Positions 9,736 through 21,600 of a stretch of DNA of 64,000 nt are shown here, one piece after another. Made by a program: the position numbers and the translations under genes. The notes under the pieces were generated by a model, which ran no database searches, had not been told where the DNA came from, and saw only the letters and a list, made by a program, of their open reading frames with translations. This DNA comes from Gaiellaceae bacterium (GTDB lineage: Bacteria > Actinomycetota > Thermoleophilia > Gaiellales > Gaiellaceae): contig DATDOS010000158.1 in the NCBI GenBank assembly GCA_035293125.1, positions 8,963-72,962 of the forward strand, written 5' to 3'. Within the stretch, counting starts at the first letter, position 1. Each line of letters starts with the position of its first letter.

Positions 9736-10726
9736 CCTTCACCTCCGAGCTCTCACGTCGCATCAGCGCCCGGAGCTCACGGCCGACCTGCTCGAGCACC
9801 TGGCCCGAGGCCTGCTCCCGGAGCTCGGCCAGGTGCGGCTCGCCGGCGTTCATCTCGGCGATCCACTCCTTCGCGAACACGCCTGAGCGGACGTCGGCGA
9901 GGAGCGCTCGCATGGTCTCGCGAACGTGGTCGTCGATCACGCGCGGGCCGCGCGTGAGGTCGCCGTACTCCGCGGTGTCGGAGACGGAGTGACGCATCCC
10001 GGAGAGTCCGCCCTCCCAGATGAGGTCGACGATGAGCTTGAGCTCGTGGAGGCACTCGTAGTACGCGATCTCGGGTTGGTATCCCGCCTCGACGAGCGTC
10101 TCGAACCCGGCGCGGATCAGCTCCGTCACGCCGCCGCAGAGGACAGCCTGCTCGCCGAAGAGATCCGTCTCGGTCTCTTCCGCGAAGGTCGTCTCGATCA
10201 TCCCGGCCCGAGCGGCGCCGATACCCGCTCCATAGCCGAGTGCGAGCTCGAGCGCACCGCCGCTCGCGTCCTGGGCGACGGCCACGATCGCCGGTGTCCC
10301 GAAGCCCTCCTCGAAGAGGCGGCGGACGATGTGACCCGGGCCCTTCGGCGCGACCATGATCACGTCGTGTCCGGCCGGCGGACGAATTCGGCCGTAGTGG
10401 ACGTTGAAGCCGTGCGCGAAGAGCAGGGCCGCTCCGGAAGCGAGGCTCGGCGCAACGTCCTCCTCGTACACGCGCGGCTGCACCTGGTCGGGGAGGAGGA
10501 GAGAGACGATCTGCGCGCCCCGCACGGCCTCCTCGACGGTTGCCACGGCGAGGCCGGCGTCCTCGGCCGCCGCGCGGGAGGGGCTCCCGTCGCGCAGGCC
10601 GACTTCGACCTCGACCCCTGAGTCGCGGAGGTTGAGCGCGTGGGCGTGACCCTGGCTGCCGTAGCCGACGATGGCGACTTTGCCGGAGAGGAGGTCGAGG
10701 TTGCCTTCGCGGTGGATCGTGGCCAT
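9725..10726 (-). CDS. ilvC: Ketol-acid reductoisomerase (class I)
   Basis: 333 aa with [21 protein letters not shown] and [14 protein letters not shown]. Confidence 0.95.
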   Translation of the reverse strand: MATIHREGNLDLLSGKVAIVGYGSQGHAHALNLRDSGVEVEVGLRDGSPSRAAAEDAGLAVATVEEAVRGAQIVSLLLPDQVQPRVYEEDVAPSLASGAALLFAHGFNVHYGRIRPPAGHDVIMVAPKGPGHIVRRLFEEGFGTPAIVAVAQDASGGALELALGYGAGIGAARAGMIETTFAEETETDLFGEQAVLCGGVTELIRAGFETLVEAGYQPEIAYYECLHELKLIVDLIWEGGLSGMRHSVSDTAEYGDLTRGPRVIDDHVRETMRALLADVRSGVFAKEWIAEMNAGEPHLAELREQASGQVLEQVGRELRALMRRESSEVKAGG

Positions 10727-10746
10727 GGGCTCTCCTTTGTATCGGG

Positions 10747-11262
10747 TTAGCGGAGGACGTGCTGGGGGCGATGGTTCTGCTTCGGAGACGACGCACGACC
10801 GAGCCCGATTCTCCCGGTCCGCACGAGCTCCTCGAGCCCGTGCGGGCGGACCAGCTCTTCGAACGAGTCGACCTCCTCGGGGTGACCCACGATCTCGAAC
10901 ACGATCGCGTCGGCGCCGAGATCTGCGACACGGGCGTTGAACGCCTGTGCCAGCGAGATGAGCTCGCTGCGTCTGGAGGCCGGCGCCGAGACCTTGAGGA
11001 GCGCGAGCTCTCGCTCGACCGCCTCGTCGGGCTCGAGCTCGCTGACCCGGAGAACGTTGACGAGCTTGTGCATCTGCTTCTCGATCTGCTCGAGGGGGTG
11101 CTGCTCGCAGTCAACCCGGAGGGTGATGCGCGACACGTCGTGTCGCTCGGTCGGGCCCACCGCGAGGCTCTCGATGTTGAAGCCTCGACGGGCGAACATG
11201 CTCGCGATGCGCATGAGCGCACCCGGCTTGTTCTCGAGCAGGACGGACAGCGTGTGCCTCAC
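10747..11262 (-). CDS. ilvN: Acetolactate synthase small (regulatory) subunit
   Basis: 171 aa with an ACT domain, [31 protein letters not shown]. Confidence 0.93.
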   Translation of the reverse strand: MRHTLSVLLENKPGALMRIASMFARRGFNIESLAVGPTERHDVSRITLRVDCEQHPLEQIEKQMHKLVNVLRVSELEPDEAVERELALLKVSAPASRRSELISLAQAFNARVADLGADAIVFEIVGHPEEVDSFEELVRPHGLEELVRTGRIGLGRASSPKQNHRPQHVLR

Positions 11263-11299
11263 GTCCCCGGAAGCCTCCTGACTTCGATGAGACGATCCC

Positions 11300-13030
11300 T
11301 CATACGGCCTCGACCGCCTCGCGGTCGTTCGAGTACTCGACGAGGTCGACCGCCGCAGCGCCGGCCGGGATCATCGGGAAGCAGTGCTCACGGGGATCGA
11401 CCCGCACGTCGACGACGGCGGTCCGACCGCAGGAAAGGGCTTCCTCGAGTGTGCCGCCGAGGTCGTCTTCGCTCTCGACCGTGAGGCCGACCGCGCCGTA
11501 GGCCTCGGCCAGTCGGGCGTAGTCCGGAACGTGATGGCTGAGGTGGACCTCCGAGAAGCGCTCCTCGTAGAACATGTCCTGCCACTGGCGGACCATTCCG
11601 AGGTGGCCGTTGTTGACGATGACGACGACGATCGGGAGGTTCTCGAGAACCGACGTCGCGAGCTCCTGCCCGGTCATCTGGAAGCAGCCGTCACCGTCGA
11701 CGCAGACGACCGTCGCCTCCGGCCGAGCGGCCTTCGCGCCGATTGCGGCGGGTACGCCGTACCCCATCGTCCCGAGGCCTCCCGAGGTGATGAAAGAGCG
11801 TGGGCGGTCACAGAGCAGGTACTGCATCGCCCACATCTGGTGCTGGCCGACCCCCGTGGTCCAGACGACGTCCCGTCCTGCGCCGAGCTCCTGGAGCGTC
11901 TCGAGCACCAGCTGCGGCTTCGGCATGCCGTCGCTCGATCCGTAACGGAGCGGGAACTCGTCCCGCCAGGCGGCGAGCTGGCGCAACCATGGCTCGGTTC
12001 GCGGGACGGTGGCCTCGGTTCCGTGGAGTGCGCGCAGCTCGTCCGCGAGGTCGGCAAGCACCTGCTTCAGGGGGCCGACCACGGGGATGTCCGCCCGGCG
12101 GAGCTTTCCGATCTCGGCGGAGTCGACATCGAGATGGACGACGGTCGCTCCCGGCGCGAAGGCCGAGAGCTTGCCGGTGACGCGGTCGTCGAAACGGGCG
12201 CCCACGGCGACGAGGAGGTCGCACTTGTTCATGCCCCAGTTCGACCACTTCGGCCCGTGCATGCCGGGCCAGCCGAAGTGAAGCTCGTGCGTCTCCGGGA
12301 ACGCGCTCTTGCCCATGAGCGTGGTCACGACGGGAAGCCGTCCGACCTCGGCGAGCTCGAGCAGCTCTGCGCAGGCGTGGGCGTTGAGCGTGCCTCCGCC
12401 GACGTAGAGCATCGGTTTCTCTGCAGCCGCGATCGCTTTGGCCGCCAGCTTGATCTGCCGTGGGTGACCTCGCCGGGGCGGCTTCCAGCCGGGCAGCTCG
12501 ACCGCGTCCGGGTACTCGAAGTCGAGCGACGCCTCCTGGACGTCGCGCGGGATGTCGATGAGCACCGGGCCGCACCGTCCCGTTCTCGCGACGTGGAAAG
12601 CGGACTTCAGCACGTGCGGCAGCTCCTCGACGTCCTGGACGAGCCACGAGTGCTTGACCACGGGGATCGTGATGCCGGTGATATCGCACTCCTGGAATGC
12701 GTCCGTCCCGATCAGGCTCGATCGCACCTGGCCGGTGATGCAGACGAGCGGCGTGGAGTCCAGCCACGCGTCGGCGATCGGCGTCACGAGGTTCGTGGCG
12801 CCCGGCCCGGAGGTGGCGATCGCGACTCCGACTCGTCCGGTCGCCCTCGCGTAGCCCTCGGCCATGTGCCCCGCTCCCTGCTCGTGCCGGGCGAGGACGT
12901 GACGCACGGTCGTCCCACGGGCGAACGCGTCGTACGTCGGAAGGATCGCGCCGCCCGGGATCCCGAACACGACGTCGACGCCCTCGGCCTCGAGCGAGCG
13001 AAGCACCGCGTCCGCGCCCAGCATCCTCAT
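11300..13030 (-). CDS. ilvB: Acetolactate synthase large subunit
   Basis: 576 aa ThDP enzyme with VFGIPGGAILP, GGLGTMGYGVPAAIGAK and CVDGDGCFQMTGQEL. Confidence 0.95.
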   Translation of the reverse strand: MRMLGADAVLRSLEAEGVDVVFGIPGGAILPTYDAFARGTTVRHVLARHEQGAGHMAEGYARATGRVGVAIATSGPGATNLVTPIADAWLDSTPLVCITGQVRSSLIGTDAFQECDITGITIPVVKHSWLVQDVEELPHVLKSAFHVARTGRCGPVLIDIPRDVQEASLDFEYPDAVELPGWKPPRRGHPRQIKLAAKAIAAAEKPMLYVGGGTLNAHACAELLELAEVGRLPVVTTLMGKSAFPETHELHFGWPGMHGPKWSNWGMNKCDLLVAVGARFDDRVTGKLSAFAPGATVVHLDVDSAEIGKLRRADIPVVGPLKQVLADLADELRALHGTEATVPRTEPWLRQLAAWRDEFPLRYGSSDGMPKPQLVLETLQELGAGRDVVWTTGVGQHQMWAMQYLLCDRPRSFITSGGLGTMGYGVPAAIGAKAARPEATVVCVDGDGCFQMTGQELATSVLENLPIVVVIVNNGHLGMVRQWQDMFYEERFSEVHLSHHVPDYARLAEAYGAVGLTVESEDDLGGTLEEALSCGRTAVVDVRVDPREHCFPMIPAGAAAVDLVEYSNDREAVEAV

Positions 13031-13070
13031 GGGCCGATCTCACTCGGTGAGAGCTGGAAGCCGGCGTTCG

Positions 13071-14012
13071 TCACGCCACGGCCTCTCGATAGAACTCGGC
13101 ATTCGTCAGGGCGCCGGGCAGCTCCGACAGGACCACGTCGGCGAACTCCCGCGTGGTCGCCCCGACCCCCGACGTGACCATGTCGGGGGTGCGCACGCTG
13201 TTGGCGCATGCCTCCAGAACCGCTCCGGTGAGCGTCTCGGCCGCACGGCGCTCGCCCAGTCCCTCGCCGAGCAGGAGCGCAGCTGCGAGCAGCATCGATG
13301 CCGGATTCGCGACGCCCTGTCCCGCGATGTCCTCCGCCGCGCCGTGCGCGGGCGCGAAGACGCTCGGGCCCGTACGTGCAAGGCGACCCGACGCGACGAT
13401 CCGTGGACGGTGGCCGTGCGCGACGAGGCCGACGAGCGGCTCGGCGAACGGCGCGGGAGTGACGACGACGTCGAAACGGCCCGGATCGAAGGCGAGCCCC
13501 GAGACAGCCGTCGTCATCGGCCGCAGCTCGACGACGACGCCTGCGTGTCGCGCCGCCTCGGCCTCGACGAGGGACCTCCACTGTGCATCTCCGCCGACGG
13601 AGGTGACGCGTGCCCGGCTCGAGCGAGCGACGTCGAACGCCTGCGCGAGCGCCCATTCCGCGGAGGCCTCTCCCAGCGGGCTGAGCACGGTGATCGCACC
13701 TCGCGGCGCGAAGACGACGCGATCGACGCGCGCGTGGAGGTCGAGCTCGGACTCGACGCCGGCGAGAGCGGGCTCGTTGCCGGCCGCGACGAGAATGGCC
13801 TGCGCGGCGAGCGTGGCCTGCCTCGTCTCCGTCGGCAGCGCGTGGCCCGACTGCGTGAACGCTCCCGCGCCGAAGGGTGGGTGGATCTCGTCCACCTGGA
13901 ACCCGTGCAGCCGCGAGACGCGAGCGAGCGCGCGACTCGCTTGGGCCATGACCTCGGGGCCGACGCCGTGCCCGCAGAGGCAGGCGACGACGTATCGCAT
14001 GCGACTCGTCAT
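13071..14012 (-). CDS. leuB: 3-isopropylmalate dehydrogenase-like (isocitrate/isopropylmalate DH family, compact ~313 aa)
   Basis: ATG 14012 (ATGA overlap with the leuA stop) inside track ORF 13071..14828. Motifs CGHGVGPEV and FAPAHGAAEDIAGQGVANPASMLLAAALLL. Substrate is inferred from the leuA neighbour. Confidence 0.7.
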   Translation of the reverse strand: MTSRMRYVVACLCGHGVGPEVMAQASRALARVSRLHGFQVDEIHPPFGAGAFTQSGHALPTETRQATLAAQAILVAAGNEPALAGVESELDLHARVDRVVFAPRGAITVLSPLGEASAEWALAQAFDVARSSRARVTSVGGDAQWRSLVEAEAARHAGVVVELRPMTTAVSGLAFDPGRFDVVVTPAPFAEPLVGLVAHGHRPRIVASGRLARTGPSVFAPAHGAAEDIAGQGVANPASMLLAAALLLGEGLGERRAAETLTGAVLEACANSVRTPDMVTSGVGATTREFADVVLSELPGALTNAEFYREAVA

Positions 14013-15253
14013 TGGTTTGCCTCCACACCCGCCGTTGCCGGCGTCCGCTGGGGGAACCTCCTTGTTCCAGGCCCCCTCCAGTGGTCCGCTTCGCGGACCA
14101 GGCGCTCCGCGCCTTCTTCGAAGACGTCGTAGAGCGTGACCGCGCGCCTCGAGTCCGCGAGCGCCTTGAAGCGCTGGAACGCCGAAGCAAGCTCCTCGTC
14201 GCTCAGATGGAGTCCCGCCTGCTCGCACGCGCGGCGGAACGCATGCCGGCCCGAGTGCTTGCCGAGCGGCAGGGTCATCGTGAGCCCGAGCTCCTCGGGA
14301 TCCATGATCTGGTACGTGGCGGCATCCTTGAGCATGCCGTCCTGGTGGATGCCGGCCTCGTGTGCGAAGGCGCTCGCTCCGACGATCGCCTTGTTTCGCT
14401 GCACCGCGTACCCGGTGAGTTGCGACACGAGCTGGGAGACGCGGCCGATCTCGCCCACGTTGACCCCAGTCTCGAACCCAAGTGTCTCCGAGCGGACGCG
14501 GAGTGCCATGACGATCTCCTCGAGGGCGGCGTTTCCGGCGCGCTCGCCGAGGCCGTTGATCGTGCACTCCACCTGCGTCGCACCCGCCCCGATTCCCGCG
14601 AGCGTGTTCGCGACGGCGAGCCCGAGGTCGTTGTGGCAGTGGACGGACAGAGTCGCGCGCTCGAGCTCGGGGCACCGGCGTCGGACGTCGAGGAGGAAGG
14701 CGGCGTGCTCCTCGGGCAGCGAGTAGCCGACGGTGTCCGGGAGGTTGACCGTCGTCGCTCCTGCCTCGATGGCGGTGCGGCATACCTCTGCGACGAACGC
14801 CGGATCGGAGCGCGTCGCGTCCTCGCACGAGAACTCGACCTCGTCGACGCGGTTGGCGACGTGGGAGACGGCGAAGCGCGTCTCCTCGACGACCTCCGCC
14901 GGCTCGAGGCCGAGCTTGCGTTCCATGTGGATGGGACTCGTGGCGATGAAGACATGGACTCGCGTGCGCCCGCGTGCGCCCGCGAGCGCCTCGACGGCGG
15001 CATCGAGGTCCTCGACTCGCGTTCGTGCGAGAGAGGCGACCGTCGGCCCGCTCACCGCTGCCCCGACTGCGCGGATGCCCTCGAAGTCACCCGGTGAGGA
15101 GATCGCGAAGCCCGCCTCGATCACGTCCACGCCCAGGCTCTCGAGCGCTTGGGCGATCTCGGCCTTCTCGTCAGGCGAAAGAACGATGCCCGGGGATTGC
15201 TCACCGTCCCGAAGCGTCGTATCGAAGATCATGATCCTGCGGCGATGTGCCAC
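14009..15253 (-). CDS. leuA: 2-isopropylmalate synthase, short form lacking the C-terminal regulatory domain
   Basis: 414 aa with IFDTTLRDGEQSPG, VHCHNDLGLAVANTLAG and AFAHEAGIHQDG. It ends about 30 aa after the ...FKALADSRRAVTLYDV linker. GTG start 9 nt after AGGAGG. Confidence 0.85.
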   Translation of the reverse strand: MAHRRRIMIFDTTLRDGEQSPGIVLSPDEKAEIAQALESLGVDVIEAGFAISSPGDFEGIRAVGAAVSGPTVASLARTRVEDLDAAVEALAGARGRTRVHVFIATSPIHMERKLGLEPAEVVEETRFAVSHVANRVDEVEFSCEDATRSDPAFVAEVCRTAIEAGATTVNLPDTVGYSLPEEHAAFLLDVRRRCPELERATLSVHCHNDLGLAVANTLAGIGAGATQVECTINGLGERAGNAALEEIVMALRVRSETLGFETGVNVGEIGRVSQLVSQLTGYAVQRNKAIVGASAFAHEAGIHQDGMLKDAATYQIMDPEELGLTMTLPLGKHSGRHAFRRACEQAGLHLSDEELASAFQRFKALADSRRAVTLYDVFEEGAERLVREADHWRGPGTRRFPQRTPATAGVEANQ

Positions 15254-15486
15254 TTGTCTGCTCCTCCTGTCGGGCCGCCCGAGGGCGTACCTCTCGTGTG
15301 TTTCGGTGGACGTGTGCGCCTGTGCGGCGCGTGTGTCGCGTCTCCCCCTAGAGGGGGAGAATCAGGAGAAGCTCGATGCCGGCGCCGCAGGATACGCCCA
15401 CAATCGTGGCGTTGGCGGATGTGGATACGTGCATCCGGTCCGGCATCAGAAGTCCACAGTGTGCGGACGACGCGGAGGCCTGTCAA
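15254..15486 (-). promoter_or_regulatory. leuA leader region: candidate promoter (TTGACA 15486-15481, 17 nt, CACACT 15463-15458) plus GC hairpin UCUCCCCC-UCUA-GGGGGAGA (15341-15360)
   Basis: Perfect -35 hexamer and a perfect 8-bp inverted repeat, both seen directly. Function is inferred from position and the Leu-rich mini-ORF. Confidence 0.4.
15348..15446 (-). CDS. Candidate leucine leader peptide (32 aa)
   Basis: ATG 15446 ... TAG 15350-15348 encodes MPDRMHVSTSANATIVGVSCGAGIELLLILPL. Five Leu occur in the last seven codons, and the stop codon sits inside the 15341-15360 hairpin, 95 nt upstream of leuA. There is no SD, but the ATG lies about 11 nt after a candidate -10 (near-leaderless). Confidence 0.4.
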   Translation of the reverse strand: MPDRMHVSTSANATIVGVSCGAGIELLLILPL

Positions 15487-15724
15487 GTCGGGATGTGGTG
15501 AACCCGGAGGACTAGACCCTTGCCGACCGCGTTCGGAGCGACTAGTCTTCCGACTTCCATGCCGGGTGAGGCAGCGATCAAGTCGTTCCTTGCCGCGATC
15601 CTCGTGGTCGCGATTTTCGCGCTGCCCAGCTAGCCGGCGCTCCTCCCTCTCGCCGCCGCCGGACTAGCTCACAAGAACCGGCGGGAGATCACTTCGCTTC
15701 AGCGACCCGAAAGGTGACCCGGCA

Positions 15725-20062
<4,338 letters not shown>

Positions 20063-20068
20063 GCTCCG

Positions 20069-20314
20069 ATGCCGGACCGCGACCACGCAGTCACGACGTG
20101 CCACAGCTGCGGCTCGCAGCTTCCGGCCCGGAGACCGGCCGTCCATGCCTGTGACTGGTGGCGCTGGCTCGACCACCAGGTCGACCTGCGCCGAGAAGAG
20201 CTCGATCGATTCGAGCGTGAGCTCGGCGCCTATCTGCGCTCCCCGGACGGGCAGTTCGACCTCTGGTACGCCGCGCACCAGAGGCTGCAGCAGAAGCTTC
20301 CCGGGGACCCCTGA
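20069..20314 (+). CDS. Hypothetical 81-aa protein with CxxC...HxC and a helical tail
   Basis: ATG 7 nt after the gltB stop. Third-position GC is high throughout. Sequence MPDRDHAVTTCHSCGSQLPARRPAVHACDWW... Its TGA stop is in the same frame as ilvE. Confidence 0.5.
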   Translation: MPDRDHAVTTCHSCGSQLPARRPAVHACDWWRWLDHQVDLRREELDRFERELGAYLRSPDGQFDLWYAAHQRLQQKLPGDP

Positions 20315-20329
20315 GGACGGGAGCGAACG

Positions 20330-21241
20330 ACGAACGAGACCGCGAAGATCTGGCTCAACGGCGACCTCGTCGATTGGGGGGAGGCGAAGGTGCACGTCGG
20401 TGCCCACGCGCTGCATTACGGGAGCGGCGTCTTCGAAGGGATCCGGTGCTACGAGACGGCCGCCGGGCCGGCGGTCTTCCGGCTCCGCGATCACCTGCAA
20501 CGCCTCCACGACTCGGCCGGGATCCTGTCGCTGGACATCCCGTACTCGGTGGACGAGCTGGCCGAGGCGACGCGTGAGCTCGTGCGAGTGAACGGCCTCG
20601 TGTCGTGCTACATCCGCCCGATCGCCTTCCACGGCTACGGTGGGCTCAGCGTCGCCCCGACGGGGAACGCGGTCGACACGGCGATCTTGAGCTTCGCGTG
20701 GGGTGCCTACCTCGGAGACGGCAGTCTCGAGAACGGCATCACCGCGGCGATCTCCTCCTGGCGACGTGTCGGCCCGAACGTCATCCCGCACGCAGCGAAG
20801 GCGACCGGCGTGTACCTCAACTCGATGCTGGCGACGATGGAGGCACGGCGTGCGGGCTACGAGGAGGCGATCCTGCTCGATGCCGCCGGCAACGTCGCCG
20901 ACGGCCCGGGCGAGAACCTCTTCGTCGTCAGGGACGGCGTCGTTCGCACGCCGGCGCTCGCGGGCTCGATCCTCCCGGGCGTCACGCGCGACTCGGTCGT
21001 CGCGATCGCGCGGAGCCTCGGGTACGCGGTCGAGGAGGCGACCCTCATCCGGACCGACCTCTACCTCGCCGACGAGGTCTTCATGACGGGGACCGCCGCC
21101 GAGGTGACACCCGTTCGGGCGGTGGACGACGTCGAGCTCGGCGTCGGACCGATCACCCGCGAGCTGCAGGAGGTCTACCTCGGGGCAGTGCACGGCCGCG
21201 ACGAGCGCTGGGACGCCTGGCTCGACCGAATACCGACGTGA
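20330..21241 (+). CDS. ilvE: Branched-chain amino acid aminotransferase (start uncertain; first canonical start is GTG 20390)
   Basis: Class IV aminotransferase with EAKVHVGAHALHYGSGVFEGIRCY, AKATGVYLNSMLA and GENLFVV. The conserved N-terminal KIWLNGDLVDWGEAK is encoded at 20345-20389, upstream of GTG 20390, with only ACG/ATC codons available. GGGAG lies 6 nt before ACG 20330. Confidence 0.88.
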   Translation, partial: TNETAKIWLNGDLVDWGEAKVHVGAHALHYGSGVFEGIRCYETAAGPAVFRLRDHLQRLHDSAGILSLDIPYSVDELAEATRELVRVNGLVSCYIRPIAFHGYGGLSVAPTGNAVDTAILSFAWGAYLGDGSLENGITAAISSWRRVGPNVIPHAAKATGVYLNSMLATMEARRAGYEEAILLDAAGNVADGPGENLFVVRDGVVRTPALAGSILPGVTRDSVVAIARSLGYAVEEATLIRTDLYLADEVFMTGTAAEVTPVRAVDDVELGVGPITRELQEVYLGAVHGRDERWDAWLDRIPT

Positions 21242-21600
21242 GAACACCAGCGCGACCGGAATCCGCGCGAGCAGATTCCGGTCTTGCGCACTCAGCAGCG
21301 GTCGGATCGAGTACGACCAGCGCAGCGGCCGCGAAGCGGCCGCCTTCAGGGAAGGCGCGGAGCGCCTTGTCCGCGAAGCGGACCAGTGGAGGGGGTCTGG
21401 GGGAACCGGGAGGTTCCCCCAGCATCAACCGCGCGCCCCCAGCATCAACCAGCGAGTGGATCCGCGCTAGCGGATTCCGGTCTTGCGCACTCAGCAGCGG
21501 TCGGATCGAGTACGACCAGCGCAGCGGCCGCGAAGCGGCTGCCTTCAGGGATCTTCGCGCGACCGGAATCTGCGCGAGCAGATTCCGGTCTTGCGCACTA
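21242..21600. repeat. Composite REP/MITE-like repeat block filling the ilvE-tyrA convergent gap
   Basis: Hairpin unit GCGCGACCGGAATC(C/T)GCGCGAGCAGATTCCGGTCTTGCGCACT at 21250-21293 and 21557-21600, with a variant at 21455-21492. A ~76-nt direct repeat at 21276-21351 and 21475-21550 has 1 mismatch. A 70-nt module at 21351-21420 has a GGGGGAACC/GGTTCCCCC hairpin. A 15-nt direct repeat CCCCCAGCATCAACC occurs at 21416 and 21436. Confidence 0.85.

Noticed and set aside
15559-15633. 24-aa hydrophobic plus-strand mini-ORF (MPGEAAIKSFLAAILVVAIFALPS) in the leuA-gltB divergent region.
   Set aside because: There is no Shine-Dalgarno, no conservation evidence is available, and such ORFs arise easily by chance. 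It is noted only.
20312-20314. In-frame TGA before ilvE considered as a selenocysteine codon.
   Set aside because: I see no SECIS-like stem-loop in the 40 nt downstream (GGACGGGAGCGAACGACGAACGAGACCGCGAAG). The position is a linker, not a catalytic site. Read-through or non-canonical initiation remain open (see findings).
21242-21600. Repeat block considered as a CRISPR array.
   Set aside because: The units differ in length (about 40, 76, 70 and 15 nt) and are hairpin-forming. They are not arranged as equal repeats separated by unique spacers. There are no cas genes in the window.
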